Source: Acidobacteriota bacterium (lineage in GTDB: Bacteria; Acidobacteriota; CAIWXX01). Taken from it: DNA of 64,000 bases. The stretch is taken from positions 13,726 to 77,725 of the forward strand of contig JBFMAF010000051.1 in the NCBI GenBank assembly GCA_040755995.1, written 5' to 3'. The notes under the pieces are model-generated. The model was not told the origin of the DNA and did not search any database. It was given only the letters and a program-made list of their open reading frames with translations. Made by a program: the position numbers and the translations under genes. Positions 37,960-48,214 of this stretch are shown piece after piece; within the stretch, counting starts at the first letter, position 1, and every line of letters begins with the position of its first letter.

Positions 37960-38123
37960 CGAGGCGGGGCCTCAGACCGATGAATCATGCAAGGCTGCTT
38001 TGGCCCCGCCTCGCGTCGAGAGTCGAGGGTCAAGAGTTGAGAGTGACTGCCGTGGGAATTCAGAGCCAATGACGCTCCGCGGCAAGATTGACTCAATCGC
38101 AACATCTTTTTCGCCTCAAGCCC
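37957..38123 (+). repeat. Hairpin element on the porin stop codon + GAGAGTC heptamers + shared block
   Basis: First 59 bp identical to the 27.3-kb copy; whole unit similar to 34482-34632. Confidence 0.9.
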
Positions 38124-38187
38124 CCCTAGGCGCTAATGCGCCTAGCGGGGCTGTGCCTCGCACCGATGAGGCGCTCCGGTATTGCTC

Positions 38188-40230
38188 ATGCGATATGCCC
38201 TGAAGCGATTGCTGCTTGGTTTCGTGCTGATCGCCGGAGGGTCGGCGGTCCTGTTGGTGTCCGATCTCCAGCACAGGAAACGCCCGCGCCGGGTGCCACG
38301 GATCGCAACGTTCCAGTATTCGACTCGCCCGATCATGGACAGCGTGGTCCGTGGGGTGCTGGATGCCCTCTCGGACGCCGGTTTCGTGGACGGCAAGACC
38401 ATCAACATCCAGAAGTTCAATGCCGAGAACGATCTGCCGACTGCCAACAGCGTTGCGAGGGCGATTGTGGACGCCAGGTTCGACATGGTGGTGACGGCGA
38501 GCACTCCGTGCCTCCAGACGATGGCTTCGGTCAACCGGAGCGGACAGCTGCTCCACGTGTTCTGCGCCGTGACGGATCCGTTCGCTGCAGGAGTGGGCGT
38601 CGAGCGTGACGACCCGCTCGATCACCCCAGACACCTCGTCGGGGTGGGCACCTTTCAGCCGGTGAAGGAGGTCTTCCGGCTGGTGAAGCGGTGCAATCCG
38701 GAACTGAGCGTTGTCGGCGTGGTCTGGAATCCCGCGGAGGCGTGCTCGGAGGCATGTACGGTGCTCGCGCGGGAAGTCTGCGGGGAGCTCGGGATCACGC
38801 TGGTGGAAGCCAACGTGGACTCGTCCTCGCAGGTCGGGGAGGCCGCACACTCGCTGGTGAGCAGGGACGCCCAGGCGCTCTGGCTCGGCGGAGACAACAC
38901 CGTCGAGGTGGCGATCGGGCAGCTCGTCGAGACGGCTCGATCTGCCGGAATACCGTTGCTCACCAATGCGCCCGCGAATGCGGAGGCTGGAGCTTCCCTC
39001 AGCCTCGGCGCGGACTACTACCAGGTGGGCCGCGCCGCCGGAGACCTGGCTGCGAGGCTTCTCAACGGTCTCGACCCTGCCACGGTTCGCATCGAGAACA
39101 TGGTGCCACAGCAACTGGGACTGAACCTGCTTGCGTTACGAAACCTCCGGGGGCCATGGCGCACACCGCCGGAGCTCGTCGATGCGGCGGCACTGGTGAT
39201 CGACGAGAGCGGGGCTCGCAGAGAAAACACCGACCCGTCGCTCCCCCAAAGGCTCCTCGCTCTCACGCTCCCCGCAGCATCCGAGCTGCCGCTGGCCGCA
39301 AGAGGCAGCAGCGGGCCGTCGCCGGGCCGGGCGTGGCGGCTGAGGTTCGTGAACTTCGTGGAATCGCCGTTCGTCGAGGACGTCCATCGGGGGTTCTTCG
39401 ATGAGCTCAAGAAGATGGGTCGTATCCAGGGACGCGACTTCGAGATCGAGGTTGCCTGCGCTCAGGGCGACATGGCCTCGCTGCCCGCGCTGCTCACCGA
39501 TGCGAAGGACGCCGAGCCCGACGTGATCCTCACGACATCCACCCCCACGCTCCAGGCCGCGATAAGGACTGTGGATAGCACACCGGTCCTGTTCGCAGCG
39601 GTCGCGGACGCCGTGCTGGCCGGCGCAGGCAAGACTCGGATCGATCACAAGCCCAACGTGACCGGCATCGAGACCGCAGCCGACTTCCCGTTGATGATGA
39701 AAGTCATCAAGCAGTGTATTCCTCATGCGCGCCGCATTGGGACGCTGTTCGCTCCGGCCGAGATCAACTCAGCGATATACAAGGACATTCTGGCGGAAGC
39801 CTCGCTGTCCGCCGGCATGGAGCTGGTGGCGCTGCCCACGGCCACCAGCACCGACGTGCCAGACACGGCGCTCTCGCTCGCCTCCAAGGACATCGACGCA
39901 ATCTGCCAGATTCTAGACAATCTTCACGACATGTCATTCGCAGCGATCGCACGCGCGGCAGAGAAGACCAAGAAGCCTCTGTTCGCGTTTCTGTCGCAAC
40001 AGGTCGTGAGCGGCGGAGCCGCCGTCGCAGTTTCGGCGGACTTCGAACAGGCCGGCCGCGACCTTGCGCACCTGCTGGATCGGGTGATGCACGGTGATAG
40101 CCCGTCGGGGATTCCGTTCCAGAGGGTGTCGCGAACCCTCCTCGTCGCTAATCCCAAGAATGCCGCCCAGTGCGGCCTTACGATACCTCCGGCGGTCATG
40201 AAATCCGCCGACGTCGTGGTGGGACGGTAG
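38188..40230 (+). CDS. ABC-type substrate-binding protein with two tandem ABC_sub_bind-like domains
   Basis: Two repeats (ASTP...FCAVTDP...WNPAE; TSTP...FAAVAD...FAPAEINS) after an N-terminal TM. Confidence 0.8.
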   Translation: MRYALKRLLLGFVLIAGGSAVLLVSDLQHRKRPRRVPRIATFQYSTRPIMDSVVRGVLDALSDAGFVDGKTINIQKFNAENDLPTANSVARAIVDARFDMVVTASTPCLQTMASVNRSGQLLHVFCAVTDPFAAGVGVERDDPLDHPRHLVGVGTFQPVKEVFRLVKRCNPELSVVGVVWNPAEACSEACTVLAREVCGELGITLVEANVDSSSQVGEAAHSLVSRDAQALWLGGDNTVEVAIGQLVETARSAGIPLLTNAPANAEAGASLSLGADYYQVGRAAGDLAARLLNGLDPATVRIENMVPQQLGLNLLALRNLRGPWRTPPELVDAAALVIDESGARRENTDPSLPQRLLALTLPAASELPLAARGSSGPSPGRAWRLRFVNFVESPFVEDVHRGFFDELKKMGRIQGRDFEIEVACAQGDMASLPALLTDAKDAEPDVILTTSTPTLQAAIRTVDSTPVLFAAVADAVLAGAGKTRIDHKPNVTGIETAADFPLMMKVIKQCIPHARRIGTLFAPAEINSAIYKDILAEASLSAGMELVALPTATSTDVPDTALSLASKDIDAICQILDNLHDMSFAAIARAAEKTKKPLFAFLSQQVVSGGAAVAVSADFEQAGRDLAHLLDRVMHGDSPSGIPFQRVSRTLLVANPKNAAQCGLTIPPAVMKSADVVVGR

Positions 40231-40392
40231 TGGAGATCCAGCGATCGCGAGCCCGCCTACACTGAGATACGCCTGCAGGGGCGCCTCGACGCCGCGTGGT
40301 ACAGCCGAGTGGAGGCCACGACGAATACCACACGCGACTCTTGAGCATGGCCCCTTGGGGGCATATGATCGGCACGTGACTACGAGCGCGCG

Positions 40393-41580
40393 ATGACCAA
40401 GGCCGGGAAGCTGCTCACTTTCGAATTCGTCTCGCTCAACTGCGTCTCGTTCTTCGCTTTTTGCAACCTCTCGGTCTTCTACGGCTTCTACACCTACCTT
40501 GGGAGGATCGGCATCCCGGAGGAATGGAGGGGCTTTCTGCTCGGGCTGGAGCCGATGACCGCATTCGCCCTGCGGCTGGCCGTCGTGCCTCTGCTTCACG
40601 GGGGTAATGCTGCCACCGCGATGCTCGTTTCGCTGGTCATGATCATCGTCGCACTCTGCTCATATTCGGTAGCGCTGACGATCCCGGCGCTGGTACTGTT
40701 GCGGATCTTTCACGGCGCCGCCTTCGTCGTGTTGGTGTCATCCAGCATGGCCATGGTCGTGCACTTCATCCCGAAGGAGCGGAGCGCGCAGGGATTCAGC
40801 ATCGTCAGCCTCAGCTCACTGATTCCCTACGCGGTGATGCCTCTGGTGGTGGAGTTCTTGCTGCGACGCATCCCCAACGAGGCGCATATCTACGCTCTGG
40901 TCTCGATTCTGGGGCTCCCGGGCATCGTGCTGCTGCACGGGATCAGGCCCCGGCTCCGCCGAGCGGTCGAAGGCATGGGATCGGCTCTGGTGAAGAGACC
41001 CACTGCTGGGGAGCTCTTCCTGTGTCTGAGGCAGCGCGATGTACTGCTGCTCCTTTGTGTCAGCCTGCTTCTCTATTTCTGTCACGCTACCGTCTTCTTC
41101 TTCATGAAGACCCTGGTGACAGCACACGGGTTCGGCAATCCAGGTCTGTTCTTCTCCATTTCAACGGCTGCGATGATCCTCGTGCGTCTGCTGGGCGGAG
41201 CGCTACTCGACCGGGTGAACAGGCTACGAGTGCTGAGTATCTCCGCGCTTCTGCTGTCGCTGTGCCTGGTCCTCCTCGCACGCGCAACCTCGCCCCTTGC
41301 CTTCTCCCTGGTGGCTCTCTTCTACGGAACGAGCATGAGCGGTGCTCTGCCTCTGCTCACCGCCGTGCTATTCAGGATATCCCCGCCTCAGCTGCGCGGA
41401 ATCAACACCAACCTGGCCCTGTTCATGATGGACGGCGGCTACATCCTGGGCACGTACATCGGAGGATTGCTGCTTGCGGCCGGGTGGTCCCCGTCGAGCC
41501 CCTTCTACGCGTCTGGAGGACTGGCCCTGTGCGCCACGCTGCTCCTGCTGGCGACGCGCGAGGACCCGGCGGACGCGTGA
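40393..41580 (+). CDS. MFS transporter
   Basis: About 12 hydrophobic helices; LLRIFHGAAF and GALLDRVNR motifs. Confidence 0.88.
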   Translation: MTKAGKLLTFEFVSLNCVSFFAFCNLSVFYGFYTYLGRIGIPEEWRGFLLGLEPMTAFALRLAVVPLLHGGNAATAMLVSLVMIIVALCSYSVALTIPALVLLRIFHGAAFVVLVSSSMAMVVHFIPKERSAQGFSIVSLSSLIPYAVMPLVVEFLLRRIPNEAHIYALVSILGLPGIVLLHGIRPRLRRAVEGMGSALVKRPTAGELFLCLRQRDVLLLLCVSLLLYFCHATVFFFMKTLVTAHGFGNPGLFFSISTAAMILVRLLGGALLDRVNRLRVLSISALLLSLCLVLLARATSPLAFSLVALFYGTSMSGALPLLTAVLFRISPPQLRGINTNLALFMMDGGYILGTYIGGLLLAAGWSPSSPFYASGGLALCATLLLLATREDPADA

Positions 41581-41825
41581 TGGTAAGTCGAGCCCGTGAA
41601 CCCGAACCCTTGCAGGATGCACCGCGCGGCCTCGAAGTGGCTCATTAGAGGCTGAAGAGATCCTTCGTGCAAGCGCCGTTCGGCAGATACGCGCCCTTGT
41701 GCATGCGGACGCGCATCCGCGCCCGACCGGCAGCGGTCGCCGGGTCGGGCGCGGTTTCGCCGCAGTCAGGTTTCTTCGTATCGTCCCTCAAGCGAGGTAG
41801 TTATCAGTGAGTCCCTAGCAGGGCC

Positions 41826-42290
41826 TCATTTCGTGAGTTTCAGGCCGGGGCTCATGTCCTCGTGCGCGCCGTCGACCGTTCGGATCTTCACATTGCACCA
41901 CACGCGCCCCAGGTATTTCGTCTGGTCGTACTGACCAGCCTTCCACGCATACTGAAGGTCCGTGACCGGGACAGTCGCGATGGTACCGACGAGGGCTCCC
42001 TTCCTGTACAAGGAGATCTCCAGGTTGCCGGTCTTGCCGTCAGGCGTGATCGCCATGTCGAAGACGCCGCCGCCGTCGGTGCCAAGGGGTCTCCCGACAT
42101 GCTCCACGACCTGACCTGTCTTGACGTTGTAAACATAGAGCTCGGCGTGAGGGCTGTTGGCTGCCAACACCCACTCCCCATCCACACCGCCGACAGGAAC
42201 CGCGCCTGCATCCCGCGGCAGGCCGAAACCCCAAACGAGAAGCGCCATCCACATTGTGGCGAGAACCACGACGTGCTTGGAATTCATCAT
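41826..42290 (-). CDS. Secreted hypothetical protein, possibly an internally deleted surface protein
   Basis: GGAGG RBS, signal peptide, one propeller-like blade (DMAITPDGK), then an Ig-like segment. Confidence 0.5.
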   Translation of the reverse strand: MMNSKHVVVLATMWMALLVWGFGLPRDAGAVPVGGVDGEWVLAANSPHAELYVYNVKTGQVVEHVGRPLGTDGGGVFDMAITPDGKTGNLEISLYRKGALVGTIATVPVTDLQYAWKAGQYDQTKYLGRVWCNVKIRTVDGAHEDMSPGLKLTK

Positions 42291-42520
42291 TCCCGTTCCC
42301 TCCAATGAATTCACCCCTTAATTCGTGCAATATGCAACTCCAAGACCCCCGCATCTGCAGGCAGCCTGGCCGCTTGACACCGGCTCGAGATACTGCTGGC
42401 CGATGAATTGACCCTCCTGCATTCTCGTGCTGGTAGCCTTCGTGAGCCGGTCAACGGAGGTACAGCGGCGGCACATCGTGCCGCGGAGCGCACGGGGCCC
42501 AAGGTCCAGGGGGCGTACTG

Positions 42521-43915
42521 CTACACCGGCCCGAAGCTCGATTCGGGCGATGCCAGGCGCAGGTGGGCGATTCTCCGCAGGGCGGTCTCGATCGAGGCCC
42601 GTTCACGAGGCGCGCCGAGACAGACGCGGATGGCGCGCACCTCGGCGCTCTCGCTTACCGCGAAGACCTCGGCGGGTGCGACAGACACACCTCGAGCGCG
42701 GGCTGCGGCGGCGAACGATCCAGATCGCCACGGCTCAGGAAGCTCGAGCCATATGTGGTAACTCGACGCGCTCCCTCGCCACTCCCAGTCCGCCAGTATC
42801 TCTCGCGCCTGCCGCTGTCGCGCCTGCGCCTCCTCTCGCCGCCCCTGCAGCACCTGCTCGGCCGTGCCGCCGGCAATCCACCGGCATGCCACCTCGAGCG
42901 GCAGCGGAGACACGCCGAGGCAGTGCGCCCTCAAGCCCTCCGAGAGTCTCTCGACCATTCCCTTGGGCACGTGCAGGAATGCAACTCTCAGACCCGGAGC
43001 GACCGTCTTCGAGAGGCTCAGAATGTAGAAGCCGCGCTCGGGCAGGAGAGATGCGATAGGCGGCGGCGCCTCCGGGTCCAACCTGCCGTACGCATCGTCC
43101 TCGACGACCCACAATCCCGATTCCGCGGCTGCGCGTGCGACTGCATCTCTGCGCGCCTGCGGCATCACGCAGCCAGTCGGATTGTGGATCGTCGGGTTGC
43201 AGTAGAGAACTCTCGCGCCCGTGGCGCGGCTTGCGGCCGCGATGGCTTCGGGTGTCGGGCCGTCGCAATCGGCCTCGACCGGAACGAGCCGAAGGTGCAA
43301 CAGCCGCGCCAGGCTCTTGAGCGCGGGGTAGGTGAGTGCCTCGGCCATGATGGCATCTCCGGGATTGACAATCGTGGTCAGGAGGACGCTCATGGCCTGA
43401 TGTGCACCGGCTGTTGCGAGCACCGTGTCAGGGCTGCAGCTCAGCCCTGTTCGGGCCATCCACATCGACCCGACTTCGCGATGTCGAGGCAGCCCCGCCG
43501 GCGGCGGGTAGCTGAGGAGATCTGGACGCGAGGCGTCCGTCGCGAGCTCCTGGATCACTCTCCTCAGCTCCGAATCCAGGTCGATCCCGCTGGGAGGCGG
43601 CGGCGAGTTGACGGCGAGATCGATGGTTCGAGCGCCCTCCGCAACGCCCGGATCCTCGATCGATCCAGCCGTTCCAGGCCAGCACACGAACGTACCGCGC
43701 CCGACCTCTGACGAGATCAGCCCTCGGCGCTCGACCTCCGCGTATGCCCGCGTGACCGTGCCCACGGTCACGCCGAGGTCGCGAGCCAGCTCGCGGTGGG
43801 TCGGGAGGCGCGTGCCGGGCGAGAGCTTTCCCGAGCTCACATCCGAGGCCAGCGCGCGGGCGATCGCCAGATATAGAGGTCTGGACGTCCTGTCGAGCTC
43901 AAGGCTCCATTTCAT
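42521..43915 (-). CDS. MocR/GntR-family PLP-dependent transcriptional regulator
   Basis: LPTHRELARDLGVTVGTVTRAY, VGRGTFV, HNPTG, EDDAYG and SLSKTVAPGLR motifs. Confidence 0.93.
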   Translation of the reverse strand: MKWSLELDRTSRPLYLAIARALASDVSSGKLSPGTRLPTHRELARDLGVTVGTVTRAYAEVERRGLISSEVGRGTFVCWPGTAGSIEDPGVAEGARTIDLAVNSPPPPSGIDLDSELRRVIQELATDASRPDLLSYPPPAGLPRHREVGSMWMARTGLSCSPDTVLATAGAHQAMSVLLTTIVNPGDAIMAEALTYPALKSLARLLHLRLVPVEADCDGPTPEAIAAASRATGARVLYCNPTIHNPTGCVMPQARRDAVARAAAESGLWVVEDDAYGRLDPEAPPPIASLLPERGFYILSLSKTVAPGLRVAFLHVPKGMVERLSEGLRAHCLGVSPLPLEVACRWIAGGTAEQVLQGRREEAQARQRQAREILADWEWRGSASSYHIWLELPEPWRSGSFAAAARARGVSVAPAEVFAVSESAEVRAIRVCLGAPRERASIETALRRIAHLRLASPESSFGPV

Positions 43916-44067
43916 CGTTGTGCTCCCTTGCTTCGACGCGAGCAACCTCACGCGCGGGCGATTGCCCGGATCGCGCCGCAGAAACGGTCGATCTCGCACC
44001 CCGGTGTATCTTGCCGGGCGCGAACGATATCGAGTGCTTCATCTGTCATGTCCCGCCTCCGTGCGGC

Positions 44068-44823
44068 TCATCTCATGTAATAGCCGCCGTCAACTATGAA
44101 GTTCTGGCCTGTGACATACGTGGACCCGCACACCAGGTGCTCGATCATAAGGAAGACGTCCTCCGGCGTGCCGATCCGCCTGAGCGGTATCATATCGAGA
44201 GTGCGCGAAAGGACGTCGGGCTCGTCCAGTCTGTAGCGTTCGACCAGCTCGCCGGTTCCGATGTATCCCGGCGAGATGCAATTGACGCGGATGCGTGGCG
44301 CGAGCTCCTGTGCCAGGCACTTCGTGAGCGCCATGACGCCGGCTCGGGCACTGACGTAGTTGGCGCCGTTCCGGCGACCTCTGAATGCGGAGAGCGCGCC
44401 GATCGTGACGATGTGGCCGTCGACACCGAGGTGGCGCCGCGCGAACTCCTGCGCGCAGATGAACGTGCCGGTGAGGATCGGTGAGACTGCCGCCTCCCAC
44501 TGATCGTCGCTCATTTCCAGAAACGGACCGTCTCGATTGACTCCGGCCATTGCCACGAGCACGTCCACGCCGCCGAACCGCTCGACAGTCTGGTCGAACA
44601 TCTGCTGCACTTGGCACCTTGAACTGACGTCAGCCCGGATCGTGATTGCCCGGCCGGGCCCATGAATGCGTGTGATCGCTTCGAGCAGCCCGCGGGCAGC
44701 CTCTTCCGATTGCCGGAAGTTGATTACGACTCGATATCCCATCCCCGCGAAGCGCTCCGCCACATGCGCGCCAATGCCGCGCGACGCGCCTGTGACAACG
44801 ACAACTTTCCGGTCCAACATCAC
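44068..44823 (-). CDS. Short-chain dehydrogenase/reductase (FabG-like)
   Basis: TGASRGIG, NYVSARAG (YxxxR variant), RVNCISPG and TGQNFIVDGG. Confidence 0.9.
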   Translation of the reverse strand: MMLDRKVVVVTGASRGIGAHVAERFAGMGYRVVINFRQSEEAARGLLEAITRIHGPGRAITIRADVSSRCQVQQMFDQTVERFGGVDVLVAMAGVNRDGPFLEMSDDQWEAAVSPILTGTFICAQEFARRHLGVDGHIVTIGALSAFRGRRNGANYVSARAGVMALTKCLAQELAPRIRVNCISPGYIGTGELVERYRLDEPDVLSRTLDMIPLRRIGTPEDVFLMIEHLVCGSTYVTGQNFIVDGGYYMR

Positions 44824-44972
44824 TTGGCTCCTTTCTCGACCTCTGTGGCCACTCTCCTTGTCCCTGCTCAGCCGTCCCCACGTGCGCCGCGGTAGGGCAT
44901 GTTCGCGCGATCTGTGTTAACTTGTACGCCAAATGAACCCATTCAAGCTTCGTAATGTGATGTGACAAGTGG

Positions 44973-45001
44973 ACTATAATATCTTCATTGTTTCATGTCA
45001 A
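44973..45001 (-). promoter_or_regulatory. Putative sigma70 promoter of SDR-MocR in an AT-rich spacer
   Basis: TTGACA-17 bp-TATAGT. Confidence 0.6.
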
Positions 45002-45146
45002 GCTCGAATTTTGTGCCCTCACGGCATAGCTGGGCTGGCCGCCGAGACAATACCATGGGCGGCGCGCTTGCGGCCTCTCCGTGCGCGCGATCCTACTCAG
45101 AGCGCATTGTGCTTGAGCGGGGGCCGCGCAGGCGGCGTTCTCGCGC

Positions 45147-45962
45147 TCAGGCGCACCAGCATCCGGCGGCCGGGATGCGGATCGAGAGGCAGGTCAGCGC
45201 GCCGTCGGCTTTGTGGAACTCGGACACGTCGACCGCCAGTGTGCCGAGCCCCAGTCCACGCGAGATCATGTCGGATGTTGCAGGGTGGCTGGCCGAGACG
45301 AGCACGGTCTGTCCGAGCGTCAGTACGTTGGCACCCTGAGGATCCGGCACGATGCGGCATCCGAGCCCGCGCGCGAGGAAAGGTGCAGGGTCCAGCACGC
45401 GTGTGTGGAGCAGCAGGCGGGGTCCGGCCAGGGTGCAGAGAGACTTCAAGTGCAGCGCGCCCTCGACGGGAATCGTCACCGTCTGGGTCCCTTCCATCTC
45501 GGCAATGCGCGCCAGGAACTCGGCGCCCTGCGAATTGGTGCGCGCAGAGATCCCAACGAACAGAGTGCGGCCTGCGCAAAGAACGTCACCGCCGTCGAGC
45601 GTGGCCGGCTCCTGCATTCGATGAATCTCACACCATCGCTCCAAGACCCTCGCCACCGGCACGACCTCCGGCCGCCGCGACGCCGCGCCGGGCCGCGTGA
45701 TCACGGCGGCCTTTCCCAGCACGACAGCCGTGTCCTCGATGAAGCAGCAGTCCGGACACGCGTCGTCAGCAGGCAGCTCATGCACCTCGATTCCGAGACT
45801 CCTGACCGCGCGCACGTAGCCCGCGTGCTGATCCCGTGCCCGGTCGACGTCTATCGGCAGAGCCTCGTGTGGTCCCTCCCGCAGGCACCGCTGCATGGTG
45901 CTCGCAACGCCGCGCACCAGGACCGCCGCGGGGAGCGCCGGTCCGGATAGATCTGGCAGCAC
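45147..45962 (-). CDS. Dimethylarginine dimethylaminohydrolase / amidinotransferase family
   Basis: PDCCFIEDTAV, LDGGDVL, LHLKS and DGALTCLS catalytic motifs; start uncertain. Confidence 0.88.
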   Translation of the reverse strand: MLPDLSGPALPAAVLVRGVASTMQRCLREGPHEALPIDVDRARDQHAGYVRAVRSLGIEVHELPADDACPDCCFIEDTAVVLGKAAVITRPGAASRRPEVVPVARVLERWCEIHRMQEPATLDGGDVLCAGRTLFVGISARTNSQGAEFLARIAEMEGTQTVTIPVEGALHLKSLCTLAGPRLLLHTRVLDPAPFLARGLGCRIVPDPQGANVLTLGQTVLVSASHPATSDMISRGLGLGTLAVDVSEFHKADGALTCLSIRIPAAGCWCA

Positions 45963-46499
45963 GTCCCCATCATATTCTGAGGCCGGGTCGGTCGCAACCT
46001 TGACTGAGCGGCGGCGCGGCGGCGCCCCGGGGAGGAATACCTTGACGCGTTCAGGAACCACACGGCGGGGTTGTGGCACGCCTGGCTCAGAGGAGGTCGG
46101 AGATCTTCCTGACAGGGGAGAAGAACCCTTCACGAAGCATTACGGCAAGCAACTCACCCGCCTCCGCCGAGCTGATCTGGGATGCGGTCCGGGATTTCCG
46201 CGGAATCGGATCGTGAGGTGCTGTCATGAGCGATCATCCGCGCATTCTCGGGAGTGAAGTTTGAGATTCCGAAGTGTGTCCATCGATCGATAGAGGCGCT
46301 ACAACTTACAACCGCGTATACTTTGAGCGGGAGTGCAAGACGATGAGAGTGCCCATAGCTGGCCGCCCGGCCAGCATGGCGATGCGCGTCCGGGCCGGCA
46401 GGTCTGCATCGCCGGGAGTGATTTCGATCACACGCGTTTCGCCCGATACGCGCTACATTTCTGGTATCGGATTCGATAATCAGGCGGGAGGGGGCAATC

Positions 46500-48188
46500 A
46501 TGAATCATAGGGTCTCATACGTAGCCGGGCTGATGCTCGTGTGGGCGGTTCTGACCGCGTCGAACACGGAAGCCGTTACGGTGAGCACGACGGCGCAGCT
46601 TGCTGCGGCCATCGAGAACGCCAATGCAGGAGGTGACAAGACGATACTCCTGCAGAACGGCACATATACGCTGGACAACATGCTCTGGGTCTCTGCTCAC
46701 GGCGTTACCGTGCGAAGCGTTTCGGGGAATCGCGATGCGGTTGTGATCCAGGGGCACGGGATGTACGGCGGCGTTAGCCACGTGTTCAACGTGCAGGGAG
46801 ACAACTTCTCGGTGAGCGACGTGACGCTGCGAGGCGTCGCGAATCACGCCGTGCAGTTACAGCCGGAAGCGGACTCGCCAGTCCTCAGGAATCTCTACAT
46901 ACTCGACGCATACGAACAGATGGTGAAGATCCCGTACTACCCCGACAACCTGAGCGTGAGCACGGACAACGGGATCATGGAGGGCTGCCTGCTCGAGTAC
47001 AGCGCCGGGATCGGGCCGCAATACTACATCGGCGGCATCGATGCGCACAACGCCAGGAACTGGATCGTGCGCGACAACGTGTTCAAGGGGATCCGCAGCC
47101 CGTCAGACGACGTGGCCGAGCACGCCATTCACTTCTGGTCGGGCTCGCAGGGGACGCTCGTCGAACGGAACCTCATCATCAACTGTGACCGAGGCATCGG
47201 ATTCGGGCTGGGAGACCGCGGGCACATCGGCGGAATCATCCGCAACAACATGATCTATCACGACTCCTCCGAAGGTTTCGCGGACGTCGGGATCGGGATC
47301 GAGTCAGCCGTCAACACGCAAGTGTACAACAACACGGTCTACATGCAGAACAGCTATCCCAACGCCATCGAGTACCGCTTCGCCGCGACCACGGGCGCGT
47401 ACATAGCGAATAACCTCACGAACCGCGCAATCGCGCGGCGCGACGGGGCCTCCGGGACCGCCACCAGTAACGTCACGACGGCAGTCGCCGGATACTTCGT
47501 CAACGCCTCCGCCGGGGATCTCCACCTGGCGTCCGCGGTCGGCGGTGTCGCCGATGCCGGCATTGCAATCGCGGGCCTCACGAACGACTTCGACGGGCAC
47601 GCGCGCCCCTACGGCGCGGGTATCGACATCGGCGCCGATGAGTACGGCACTTCGCCGAGCTGCGTCGCACCGTCTATCTCGGTCCATCCCCAGGACCAGG
47701 CCATCTCGAGCGGGCAGACGGCGACGTTGAGCGTGGTGGCGAACGGTACGGCGCCGCTGAACTACCAATGGTATGAAGGGTCTTCCGGCGACACCAGCAC
47801 GCCGGTGGGCGCCGACTCGAGCACGTTCACGACGCCAGCGCTGACCTCTTCGACCAGCTACTGGGTATTCGTCAGCAACGCGTGCGGCAATGCCTCGAGC
47901 CTCGCCGCCCTGCTCTCGATTGGATCAGCCACGGCCCCACATATCAGCCGCATCCGAAGCAGAACGGGGAAGCCGGGCAGCACAGCCACTATCTCCGGGA
48001 CGGGCTTCTCACCGACAGCGGCCAAGAACAAGGTCTACTTCGGCACTGCCTCGGCCCGGCTCACACGCGCGAGCGCGACGAGTCTGAAGGTGAGGATCCC
48101 GGCGAAGCTGAAGAAGGGGTCCACGGTCGGCGTCTACGTCTCCGTAGACGGGATCAATAGCAATACTGTCTCATTCCGCGTCCGGTAG
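46500..48188 (+). CDS. Secreted right-handed beta-helix protein with Ig and C-terminal IPT/TIG domains
   Basis: Signal peptide; parallel beta-helix repeats; DIGADE; YQWYEG Ig; GTGFS...VYFG IPT. Confidence 0.8.
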   Translation: MNHRVSYVAGLMLVWAVLTASNTEAVTVSTTAQLAAAIENANAGGDKTILLQNGTYTLDNMLWVSAHGVTVRSVSGNRDAVVIQGHGMYGGVSHVFNVQGDNFSVSDVTLRGVANHAVQLQPEADSPVLRNLYILDAYEQMVKIPYYPDNLSVSTDNGIMEGCLLEYSAGIGPQYYIGGIDAHNARNWIVRDNVFKGIRSPSDDVAEHAIHFWSGSQGTLVERNLIINCDRGIGFGLGDRGHIGGIIRNNMIYHDSSEGFADVGIGIESAVNTQVYNNTVYMQNSYPNAIEYRFAATTGAYIANNLTNRAIARRDGASGTATSNVTTAVAGYFVNASAGDLHLASAVGGVADAGIAIAGLTNDFDGHARPYGAGIDIGADEYGTSPSCVAPSISVHPQDQAISSGQTATLSVVANGTAPLNYQWYEGSSGDTSTPVGADSSTFTTPALTSSTSYWVFVSNACGNASSLAALLSIGSATAPHISRIRSRTGKPGSTATISGTGFSPTAAKNKVYFGTASARLTRASATSLKVRIPAKLKKGSTVGVYVSVDGINSNTVSFRVR

Positions 48189-48214
48189 CGGCTCCGCTCC
48201 CCAATGGAACCCCG

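Noticed and set aside
42330..42480. Possible c-di-GMP riboswitch upstream of the 42290 gene
   Set aside because: Only a 3'-like fragment (cggccaggctgcc) is visible; the conserved 5' core is absent. Needs Infernal.
46274..46510. 78-aa ORF before the beta-helix gene
   Set aside because: No motif, RBS or convincing coding signal; likely leader sequence.
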